Source: Nitrospirota bacterium (lineage in GTDB: Bacteria; Nitrospirota; Thermodesulfovibrionia; UBA6902). Taken from it: a stretch of DNA of 53,393 nucleotides. This document shows positions 17,488 through 25,528 of the stretch, piece after piece. Location: contig DRDE01000177.1 of NCBI GenBank assembly GCA_011040095.1, positions 1-53,393 of the forward strand. The letters are read 5' to 3'. Each line of letters starts with the position of its first letter. Position 1 is the stretch's first letter. The notes under the pieces are model-generated. The model did not search any database, was not told the origin of the DNA, and was given only the letters and a program-made list of their open reading frames with translations. Position numbers and translations under genes: made by a program.

Positions 17488-18375
17488 TCATTCTCCCTCC
17501 CCTTCCCAAATATCACTAAAGACAAACCATTGAAAAGGATATTGAACAGCATACTCTTCCAGAATGCGGGCGAATTGCTGAACAAGCGCCCTGATTTCCT
17601 CCTCTTTCCCGGATTTTGAACTGCACCGGGGTGTTATAACATGAGAGACATCAATGATATATTTTCTGCTGGAGACCTTGGCTGGCAGTAGAACGACAAC
17701 AGAGCATTTAAGGGCAGTTGCGATGCTGAATGCGCCTACAGGCAAATTCGCCTTTCCACCCAGCAAAGAGACCCGGGCTGAATTATGTCCGTAACTGCGG
17801 TCTCCCATTATCGAAACAATATTGCCCTCATCGATTACTTTTAAGATTTCAAGTATCCCGCCAAGAAATTTCTCAGGGGAAATGATTTTTGCTTTATCTT
17901 TTTCGTTTCCGATATTCAACGTGTTTTTTACCGCGGCATTTTCTTCGGGCGTCATTAATAAATACACTGTTTTATTTAATTTTTTCAGGGCCGTCATTGA
18001 AGCCTGCCAGTTGCCGACATGGGCGGTAAGCAGGATAAATCCCTTTTGGGAATTACTCAAAAGGCTTTTTATCCTGTCATAACCCCGAAGCTCAACATCA
18101 AATTGGCCAAGTCCTGCAACATGGTAATATCTGTCAATCAGGTTTTTGCCCTGGCTGACAAATAACTTATAAACAGCGCAGATCCTCCGGAAGATGTTAT
18201 ACGATCTGAAACGCCTCTTCACATATGTCATGGCGGTGGATACTGCATGACGGTCAAAGATCAGGTAATACAGGCAGACCGGGTAGAGCAGCGCATATGC
18301 CCCTGAAAGGCCGAATAATTTGAGTGATGTCCGGAAAAACCAGAATCCCGCTCTGTTGCCTCTTTTTTTACCCAT
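17488..18375 (-). CDS. LpxL/HtrB-family (lipid A biosynthesis-type) acyltransferase
   Basis: 295 aa. N-terminal TM region and LLTAHVGNWQ, the HxGNWE-type motif of lauroyl/myristoyl acyltransferases. Confidence 0.75.
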   Translation of the reverse strand: MGKKRGNRAGFWFFRTSLKLFGLSGAYALLYPVCLYYLIFDRHAVSTAMTYVKRRFRSYNIFRRICAVYKLFVSQGKNLIDRYYHVAGLGQFDVELRGYDRIKSLLSNSQKGFILLTAHVGNWQASMTALKKLNKTVYLLMTPEENAAVKNTLNIGNEKDKAKIISPEKFLGGILEILKVIDEGNIVSIMGDRSYGHNSARVSLLGGKANLPVGAFSIATALKCSVVVLLPAKVSSRKYIIDVSHVITPRCSSKSGKEEEIRALVQQFARILEEYAVQYPFQWFVFSDIWEGEGE

Positions 18376-19555
18376 TGACGACGATATGTCTCTTTTTTAT
18401 CAGTACCGCTGAAAAGAAAGTAACAGCGGCTATCAGTACGGCCCCTATCGGCGCTATGATCAGGGAGCCCAGCAGCCATTCCACCAGCCGCTCCGGGAAC
18501 TGGGAAAAAACGGTCTCAAAAGATACATTTGTCAGCCACTCTCCGTGTCTCATGAAATAACCGACTTCAATGCATAATGCGGGCACAAAGGGCGGAGCAC
18601 AGATATGCTGCACATTAACAGCGACGATTTTATTCAGGTTTAACCGGGTGGCAACATACAGGATGATTATCGTATGCACAAACAACAAAGGAAGAATGGC
18701 AAAAAAAATGCCTACGGCAGCAGCGGCCGCAAGTCCCGCAGGTGTTACATTTTCCCTCAGCAGCATTTTAAGTAACCTGAGGGGATGCCGCAGTATCCGC
18801 AAATCTGGCTTTTTCTTCTCCACAAACCTGTTGTGTTTTATCGGCAGGAGCCGCTGTCCGATCAGCATGGCATGGGTACGTGAAATGCGAAGGTTGTCTA
18901 TGAAAGGCCTGAAGCTGGAAACTCTCTTGCCGGGTTCAGGGTAAACGACACCTATTTCAACGGTCTTTAGAGTCAAACCCGCCCATGCAGCCTTTGCCAG
19001 CACATCTGCTTCAAAATCATAATGTGCACCCCTGAGCTTCATCCTGTTAAGATACCTGACCGGGTAGGCCCGGAATCCGCTCTGGCAGTCATCAATATAT
19101 ATTCCTGTTTCGATGCGAAGCCAGAAATTTGCAAATTCCCTGCCGAAGCGGCTTTTCCCCGGCACGTTTTCCGTATCAAAATCCCTGGAGCCGATTATTA
19201 TGGCCGGATCATTATCATCCAGCAGGGGAATAAATTTTTCAATATCCGCGGGATTGTGCTGTCCGTCCGCATCAATAGTTATCATAAAGCGCCCGCCCTG
19301 CTCTTCAATATACCTTGAAGCCGTAAGAATGGCCCTGCCTTTTCCAATATTTGTTTCGTGCCTGAGCACCACAACATCCGTTCCGGACAGGAGGGAAGCC
19401 ACGTCCGCATCCGTGCTGCCGTCGTCCACAACAACCACGTTTTTAATAATGGAGCGGCACCCCGCTGCTACACCGGCAACAGTATCCCTGTTATTGTAGA
19501 CAGGGACCGCACACCAGACATACTGCTGCAATTCCGGAGAGTTACTTTGCAGCAT
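18368..19555 (-). CDS. Family 2 glycosyltransferase fused to a C-terminal multi-pass membrane domain
   Basis: VPVYNNRDT...VVVDDGSTD...TIDADGQH is the GT2 core. The last ~130 aa are hydrophobic (LAAAAAVGIFFAILPLLF...) and look DUF2062-like. Confidence 0.85.
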   Translation of the reverse strand: MLQSNSPELQQYVWCAVPVYNNRDTVAGVAAGCRSIIKNVVVVDDGSTDADVASLLSGTDVVVLRHETNIGKGRAILTASRYIEEQGGRFMITIDADGQHNPADIEKFIPLLDDNDPAIIIGSRDFDTENVPGKSRFGREFANFWLRIETGIYIDDCQSGFRAYPVRYLNRMKLRGAHYDFEADVLAKAAWAGLTLKTVEIGVVYPEPGKRVSSFRPFIDNLRISRTHAMLIGQRLLPIKHNRFVEKKKPDLRILRHPLRLLKMLLRENVTPAGLAAAAAVGIFFAILPLLFVHTIIILYVATRLNLNKIVAVNVQHICAPPFVPALCIEVGYFMRHGEWLTNVSFETVFSQFPERLVEWLLGSLIIAPIGAVLIAAVTFFSAVLIKKRHIVVNG

Positions 19556-20912
19556 ACCGTTTTCTCACCGGATGTTTTTTGCCGGGAAGCATCAGGTTCC
19601 ACAATGTGCCCGCGTATCCCATTTGATGGAGGGCCATTATAGTGTTGTCATAGGCGTCAGGAGGAAAGATACAGTTTTCTGTTTTTGAAAAAGCCTCATT
19701 CAAGGTATTCTCCAGCCAGTTTTTATCGGTTCCGGGGGAGATATAATAAACCGGCTTGAGCAGATCCTTGCCGGCAGGGATGACCTTTTCTCTTATCGCT
19801 ATGGCGGCAAGAGGAGTGGCAGGCAGAATTCTGATACCCATAAAAATAAAAACAACACATTTTTTTAAGCTTATGATGTTCTTTATTCCCTCTGATACGG
19901 TTTCTTTTGTCTCTCCCGGACCGCCGAACATGTAAAAATGCGATACGGCAATTTCATGCCTCCCGAATAAATCATTACATTTCCCGATCTCCTCAAAGGT
20001 AAAACCCTTGCCGAGTTTTTTCAGTGTTTCATTGGTGGAGGCATCAGCGCCGATTTCAACAGCGGCAAGACCTGTCTGCTTCATCATTTCAACAACCTTG
20101 TCATTTAACCCTGCCGGCTTGAAAAATCCTGTCCAGGGTATGCTCACTTTACGTCTTGCCATTTCCCCCAATAAATCAAGGTAAGCGCCTTCATCGTCAT
20201 TAAATACCGAATCCACGAAGAAGATATATTTTGCCTTATGCTTCCGTGAAAGCAGTTCAATATCATCAACAACCGAACGCGGGTCCCTCTGGCGGATTTT
20301 AGAGCCTTCCAGAACCGGGTATGTGCAGTACACACATTCGCGGGTACATCCCCGTTTGGTTTGTATGGAGGCCATATTTCCGCTGCGCAGATAAAATTCA
20401 ATCAGCCGGTCATCATATTTTGCCGGAACAAAGTCACATCCCGGGAGCCTGCTGCCGGATCCGATAATACGCTCTTCCGGGAATATTCCTTTAGCCGCGT
20501 TACCGGCAAACTCGACCATCAGTGATTCACCTTCCCCGGTAATTCCGTAATCAGCGCCTGTCGTTTGCATGATTAAATCGGGAACAAGAGAAAACCCCGA
20601 TCCTCCCAGAATTATTTTTATATCCGAAACTTCCCTTATTTTGTTTGCTATATCCCTGACAGTATCGATGTAATATTTTTCGTTTACAATATTGACATTG
20701 TCGATATTACGGATGGAAATGCCGGTCAAACCCGGTTGAAAATTTTTAATCTCCTCTCCAAGCGCATCTAATGAACTATTTTCCCGGAGGAAATCAAATT
20801 GCCTTACCTCGTGACCGGCAGCAGTCAGAGCTGCTGCAATTATACTGGCTCCCAGAGGATAGACAGGGTATGGCGACACGGATGTATTGGATGAAATCAG
20901 CAATATCTTCAT
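19542..20912 (-). CDS. Cobalamin-binding-domain (class B) radical SAM enzyme
   Basis: I prefer the start MKILLISSNT at 20910-20912, which overlaps the upstream stop as ATGA. B12-type N-terminal domain, then TKRGCTRECVYC (CX3CX2C). Confidence 0.9.
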   Translation of the reverse strand: MKILLISSNTSVSPYPVYPLGASIIAAALTAAGHEVRQFDFLRENSSLDALGEEIKNFQPGLTGISIRNIDNVNIVNEKYYIDTVRDIANKIREVSDIKIILGGSGFSLVPDLIMQTTGADYGITGEGESLMVEFAGNAAKGIFPEERIIGSGSRLPGCDFVPAKYDDRLIEFYLRSGNMASIQTKRGCTRECVYCTYPVLEGSKIRQRDPRSVVDDIELLSRKHKAKYIFFVDSVFNDDEGAYLDLLGEMARRKVSIPWTGFFKPAGLNDKVVEMMKQTGLAAVEIGADASTNETLKKLGKGFTFEEIGKCNDLFGRHEIAVSHFYMFGGPGETKETVSEGIKNIISLKKCVVFIFMGIRILPATPLAAIAIREKVIPAGKDLLKPVYYISPGTDKNWLENTLNEAFSKTENCIFPPDAYDNTIMALHQMGYAGTLWNLMLPGKKHPVRKRYAAK

Positions 20913-22180
20913 GGCTGCTTCCAGGCCCTGTTGCGGGATGTCCAATTTTTCCTGCCTGACCGGTTTCTTCCGGGCGTGAAGTCGTTTCTTTCTTTTTTCA
21001 TTACGTTCATGAACAGTTTTGCCATCTTGACTTCCCGGCTTTCTTTGACGTAAAAAGTATCCCACGCGTAATAAAACATCTCCTGCAATTTGTCCACACT
21101 CATCTTTGCCGGCCTGAATACAACTTCTCCGCTTGTATATCGCGACCAGTCATTATGTAAAATCCTGTTCTCCTTCTCCAGTACCTCCCTGATGGGAGTA
21201 TGCGGAAAGGGAGTCAGCACTGTAAATTCGGCCAGGTCCAGTTCGATCTCAACAAGGAAATCCACGAGCCGCTTTATATAATCTTCGTCATGATCGTCCA
21301 TCCCCAGGATAATCGTCCCCTCGACACCGATCCCGCGCTCCTTCAGCCTTCTCACCCTCTGTCTTATGTGATCCGATGTATCCATAATCGCCTGGTATAC
21401 ATACCAGCAGCCGGCCTCTGCCGCAAGGTCCAGTATCTCATCATCATCTTTGATAGGGTGAGATATCCATTTCTTATTCAACGGGATTAATGCCCTGAAT
21501 AATTCCTTTTCCCATTCATCATCCTGGGCAAGGGAATTATCAACAAAAAACAGGCGGCCGTTGTCTATCTGCTCCAGCTCTTCAACAACCGATTTAATAT
21601 TCCTGGGCCTGAAATTACGCCCCCCCAGATAAGGAGTGCAGCATGGGAAACAGTTGAACCTGCAGCCGCGGGAAGCGTGAACAAGGTCAACCATCTGTAC
21701 CCCTCTGTAATTGTACAAATCACGACTCAGGATGCTCCGCCTGGCTGGACCGATCAGGTCCATATCAGGATAATTATGCATGTAGTCATATACCTTCTTT
21801 AACCCTTTATTATTCAGGTCATTAATAATTTCTTCAAAACGTCCCTCGACCTCGCCGAGAAATACCGAATCCGCATGATCCAGGGTTTCCTCATGATGCA
21901 GCATTGCGGCAATACCGCCGAAAATGACCGGAATGCCCATATTCCTGAAACGGTCCGCAATCTCCCATGCGCGTGGAATCTGGCAGGTAAGCAAAACGGA
22001 TATGGCTACCATGTCGGCATCCGGACTAAAGTCAATCTCCTGCACGTTTTCATCGAAAAAAACAACCTCGACTTCGCCGGGGATTGCGGCCGCCACACAA
22101 ACAGGGGCGTGCGGGGGCAGATGAAATTCCGTCTGCCTGCTCAGTTTCGGCCACAGTGGATAAACAAATTTTATTTTCAC
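20909..22180 (-). CDS. Cobalamin-binding-domain (class B) radical SAM enzyme
   Basis: 423 aa (GTG start). KIKFVYPLW...DMVAISVLL...IFGGIAA, then ASRGCRFNCFPC (CX3CX2C). Confidence 0.9.
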   Translation of the reverse strand: MKIKFVYPLWPKLSRQTEFHLPPHAPVCVAAAIPGEVEVVFFDENVQEIDFSPDADMVAISVLLTCQIPRAWEIADRFRNMGIPVIFGGIAAMLHHEETLDHADSVFLGEVEGRFEEIINDLNNKGLKKVYDYMHNYPDMDLIGPARRSILSRDLYNYRGVQMVDLVHASRGCRFNCFPCCTPYLGGRNFRPRNIKSVVEELEQIDNGRLFFVDNSLAQDDEWEKELFRALIPLNKKWISHPIKDDDEILDLAAEAGCWYVYQAIMDTSDHIRQRVRRLKERGIGVEGTIILGMDDHDEDYIKRLVDFLVEIELDLAEFTVLTPFPHTPIREVLEKENRILHNDWSRYTSGEVVFRPAKMSVDKLQEMFYYAWDTFYVKESREVKMAKLFMNVMKKERNDFTPGRNRSGRKNWTSRNRAWKQP

Positions 22181-22842
22181 TATTGGTTCTCGCCTTTCCC
22201 GAGGACTGAAAATTCTTTCAGCATTTCATCCAATGCCCGGCTCCCTCTTAATATTGACATTGCCGTCTCAACATTACACAAAACATCCTGTCCTGAACCG
22301 GAATCTTTCTTTAGAACAAAATAAACCGCTTCCTCTTCCCTGCTCATTCCGGCGAGCATTACAGTCGATTCATCAAGAAGGATCATTTCAGCGGCGGTCT
22401 CTATCACAGGCAACAGGGAATTATCCGATGCAGCGATATAGAGCAGCGGCCCCTGCAGCCCGAAACGTATCGCGGCCTCGCCCAGCGGGCTTGTCGGCAG
22501 GGTATAAATAAAAAGATTCCCTCTTGATGATGTCCGGTTGCTGTCTATGTAGTCCATGAAATAATTAATATCGGTTTCAAGAGAGCCCCGACTATTGGTC
22601 CCTATAACCCCGATGTCCTGTTTCCGGTTCTGCGAATATTCAATCCCTGCATCTTTCAGCGCAAGGGCGGCTGCATAGCAGGTTATCCTGGAGGCATTGT
22701 CTATTCGTCCGAAGTTCTTATAAGAAGAGGTAAATATTTCTTTTTTTAAACGTGACTTATCATCATATGCAATCCTGATATTTCTCAGAATACAGCCATA
22801 TTCCGCTTTATTAATCCATCCTATGCCATTGACGGTAACCAT
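22180..22842 (-). CDS. Short KS-N-terminal-like protein without a catalytic Cys (chain-length-factor-like partner)
   Basis: 220 aa. Aligns to the N-terminal half of a KS (…ITCYAAALALKDAGI…GPLLYIAASDNSL…). No ACSS Cys and no C-terminal His motifs. Lies 8 nt after the KS gene. Confidence 0.7.
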   Translation of the reverse strand: MVTVNGIGWINKAEYGCILRNIRIAYDDKSRLKKEIFTSSYKNFGRIDNASRITCYAAALALKDAGIEYSQNRKQDIGVIGTNSRGSLETDINYFMDYIDSNRTSSRGNLFIYTLPTSPLGEAAIRFGLQGPLLYIAASDNSLLPVIETAAEMILLDESTVMLAGMSREEEAVYFVLKKDSGSGQDVLCNVETAMSILRGSRALDEMLKEFSVLGKGENQ

Positions 22843-22850
22843 ATCTTAAT

Positions 22851-23972
22851 CTATTTATGACAAATCAACGCTGCGTTTATTCCTCCGAATCCTGCACTGG
22901 TTATAAGAGCCATTTTCTCTTTATCTACACTGCGGGACCCGGATGATACCCACGCCTGAGCGTCTTCTTCACAATCTTTAAGATTGACTGTCGGAGGGAC
23001 TGTCTCCTCTTTCAGGCCCCTCAGGGCTATTATCATTTCAACAAGACCTGCTGCTCCCATTGTGTGGCCTATAGCTCCTTTTATTGAATATACAGGTGGT
23101 TTGTTATTGAAAATTGCATCAAATGCCTTAATCTCCATAGCATCGTTATAAACTGTGCCGGTTCCGTGTGCAGAGATTAAACCGATGGAGTTCTGGTCAA
23201 TGCCTGCATTCTTTAAGGCTTTTTTTATAGCCAGCACCCTTCCCGCACTGTCACTTGAGGGTCTTGTCATGTGATAGGCATCGTCACTCAGTCCCCAGCC
23301 TGTTATCCTGCCCACGATTTCCCTTTTTTCCTGTTTTGCCCTTTCTTCACTCATTACCAGTGCAAATGCCGCTGCTTCCCCTATGGTTAATCCGTTTCTG
23401 TTTTTGTCGAAAGGCCTGGCGCCGGATTTGTCCAGCGCCATTAATGCAGAGAAACCTGAAAAAAGAAATTCCGTTACGCTGTCGCATGCAACTACCAGCG
23501 CACAGTCACAGTGTTCCTCCCGGATCATTGCCGCAGCCCTGGCCACGGCCGCTGTAGAGGAAGCGCAGGCAGCAGAGACGATTATCCCCCGGTCTTCAAC
23601 ACCGGTAATATCCGCGACTTTTTTAAGCAGATGCCCCAGATTACAGCTTGATGCATCTCCGGTACCCTGAAGAAGCGATTTTTCGAGCAGGTCGATCTCT
23701 CCTTTTATTGTTGCCATCATAAGCCTTGCATCTCTTGGTATCGGGACCGGGACACTGTCAAACAGGGACCTCAGCATCTGCATAACAAGAGATTCTTTCC
23801 GGAGATATTCCAGGTTATCAACCGTGGCCGCACAATCGGCATGGAAGGCGTTTGTATTAAATCTGCCGAGCCTGGAGATAGCGGTTTGACCGGACATGAT
23901 GCCGTCCCAGCACGCATCTGCGCCCAATCCATAAGGTGTTACCATATTACATGAAACAACAACTGCTCTCAT
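22851..23972 (-). CDS. Beta-ketoacyl-ACP synthase, catalytically complete
   Basis: 373 aa. Motifs: IIVSAACASSTAAV (Cys), ISAHGTGTVYND (His), GHTMGAAG (His). Confidence 0.9.
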   Translation of the reverse strand: MRAVVVSCNMVTPYGLGADACWDGIMSGQTAISRLGRFNTNAFHADCAATVDNLEYLRKESLVMQMLRSLFDSVPVPIPRDARLMMATIKGEIDLLEKSLLQGTGDASSCNLGHLLKKVADITGVEDRGIIVSAACASSTAAVARAAAMIREEHCDCALVVACDSVTEFLFSGFSALMALDKSGARPFDKNRNGLTIGEAAAFALVMSEERAKQEKREIVGRITGWGLSDDAYHMTRPSSDSAGRVLAIKKALKNAGIDQNSIGLISAHGTGTVYNDAMEIKAFDAIFNNKPPVYSIKGAIGHTMGAAGLVEMIIALRGLKEETVPPTVNLKDCEEDAQAWVSSGSRSVDKEKMALITSAGFGGINAALICHK

Positions 23973-23995
23973 CTTTTTATCCTTCGCGGTTAATT

Positions 23996-24487
23996 TTACT
24001 TTTTAAGTTGACCGAAATCTCCTGCCTTCCACCTTCTGCGGCATTTTTCCAGCAGGGCAGGAGACGTCAGGCTGACCTCACCGGATTTTACATCAATAAA
24101 CAACTGCACGGTATAACCGCTGGCTGCAAGGCTTCCGTCATTTTTTAATATAAAGTATTCAGTATTCAGGCGCGCCCCCTCATCCCATACTAAAACGGTC
24201 CGGATCGTAAACTCCTCGTCAAGCCGCAGCGGCCTGTGAAAATCAACATGATATTTGACAAGGGGGGCGCGTAATTCCGCCTCCTGAAAATCCTTGTACG
24301 ACAGGCCGCACTGTCTGCCCAGCGCCTCTGCCCCCTCTTCAAAATAAGCCGTGTATCTTCCGTACCATACAAATGCCATAAGGTCTATTTCGCTGAAGTG
24401 AACCCGCCTTTTAATTTCAACGACAATCGGATCAGGCCCATCCTCATGCCGTTTGAAATATGCTCCTCTCCCCCGCTTATTTTTCAT
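23996..24487 (-). CDS. Hotdog-fold thioesterase (4HBT/YbgC-like)
   Basis: VHFSEIDLMAFVWYGRYTAYFEEG is a typical 4HBT N-terminal motif. I prefer the ATG at 24485-24487 (GGGAGA upstream) over the TTG at 24502. Confidence 0.8.
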   Translation of the reverse strand: MKNKRGRGAYFKRHEDGPDPIVVEIKRRVHFSEIDLMAFVWYGRYTAYFEEGAEALGRQCGLSYKDFQEAELRAPLVKYHVDFHRPLRLDEEFTIRTVLVWDEGARLNTEYFILKNDGSLAASGYTVQLFIDVKSGEVSLTSPALLEKCRRRWKAGDFGQLKK

Positions 24488-24869
24488 TTGTCTCCCGCTC
24501 AAACCTGACCCTTAATTTCACTTCGGCAATTTTCCTGCCGTCTTTGTTAAAGAATGCTTTAAGGGTGATATCCCTGTCCGGGGCATTAATGATATTACAG
24601 GCACACATCACTTTTTCCAACGGGGAAACAGGTGACAGGAATTTTGCCAGGACAACTTCTTTCAGCACGACGCGCTTTTTTCCCCATTTCTCAAGCATAT
24701 TCAAGACGCATTGTATCTGACAGATACCCGGCAATATCTTGTTGCCCGGAAAGTGTCCCTGAAAGCCTATAAAATCCTCCGGAAATACAAAGCAGGCATT
24801 AAGGCCCCCGTTTTCAGCCGCCTGAAAGTCCGACATGCACTCTGCAATTGCCTTTTTGATATTTTTCAA
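24477..24869 (-). CDS. FabZ/FabA-like 3-hydroxyacyl-ACP dehydratase (hotdog fold)
   Basis: 130 aa with the catalytic His motif FQGHFPGNKILPGICQIQ. The TTG start overlaps the upstream stop (TTGA). Confidence 0.8.
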   Translation of the reverse strand: MKNIKKAIAECMSDFQAAENGGLNACFVFPEDFIGFQGHFPGNKILPGICQIQCVLNMLEKWGKKRVVLKEVVLAKFLSPVSPLEKVMCACNIINAPDRDITLKAFFNKDGRKIAEVKLRVRFERETNEK

Positions 24870-25528
24870 TTCAGGATTTCCTTTAACCTGAGTGTAACAG
24901 TGTATCCATAGAGAAAATCATTAAAGATGATGCCCCCGGGGTATATCCCGCCGGCCTTTTCTTTATACTCATAATAAGAGACCCTCCATTTTAAATGATT
25001 GTTTTCGTAATAGTTTTTTTTTACCAGGTAGGCGTCCGCACCGGCAAACACATACTCTGTAGCTCCCGGACCTGATTCAAGCCTGAAGACAATCTCATAT
25101 TTTTTTCTTTTTACCGTCGCTGAGAGCGGAGGAGCCAAATCAAAATAAATCCGTTGTATGTCTTCTCCGATTATACCGGCAAAGGCTTCTTTATGTGGGA
25201 ATTCACCCGTCACAGAGTATCCGTCCATCCCCTCCCTGTTGCCGGACAATTCAAACAGTTTCATGCCTGTCGGGTTGAGGCAGGCAGCAGCATATGTCCC
25301 CGCCGTGGTGTTTATATCAATAACCCCCAGACATGAAAACTTTTTCCAGTTATACTCCACGACCATTGTATTAATTATCCGTATATATTCAGGTATGTTA
25401 TTTTTGTACCGTTCAGCAACGGCTGCAGGATCTTCATGGTCAATAGGGACGTAACCGGTTTCTTTAAACGGTATGCTGCTGCACCCTGCAATAAATAACA
25501 CGACAATAAGGCCAATTATTAACCGCAT
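24866..25528 (-). CDS. Lipoprotein (DUF3261-like position in ape-type clusters)
   Basis: MRLIIGLIVVLFIAGCSS signal peptide and lipobox. Sits directly after the MMPL exporter, as in aryl-polyene clusters. Confidence 0.65.
   Translation of the reverse strand: MRLIIGLIVVLFIAGCSSIPFKETGYVPIDHEDPAAVAERYKNNIPEYIRIINTMVVEYNWKKFSCLGVIDINTTAGTYAAACLNPTGMKLFELSGNREGMDGYSVTGEFPHKEAFAGIIGEDIQRIYFDLAPPLSATVKRKKYEIVFRLESGPGATEYVFAGADAYLVKKNYYENNHLKWRVSYYEYKEKAGGIYPGGIIFNDFLYGYTVTLRLKEILN

Noticed and set aside
20913-21065. 51-codon N-terminal extension of the radical SAM ORF 19542-21065.
   Set aside because: It overlaps the upstream gene by about 150 nt and is Lys/Arg-rich. The internal ATG at 20910-20912 gives a canonical MKILLISS B12-domain start and an ATGA junction.
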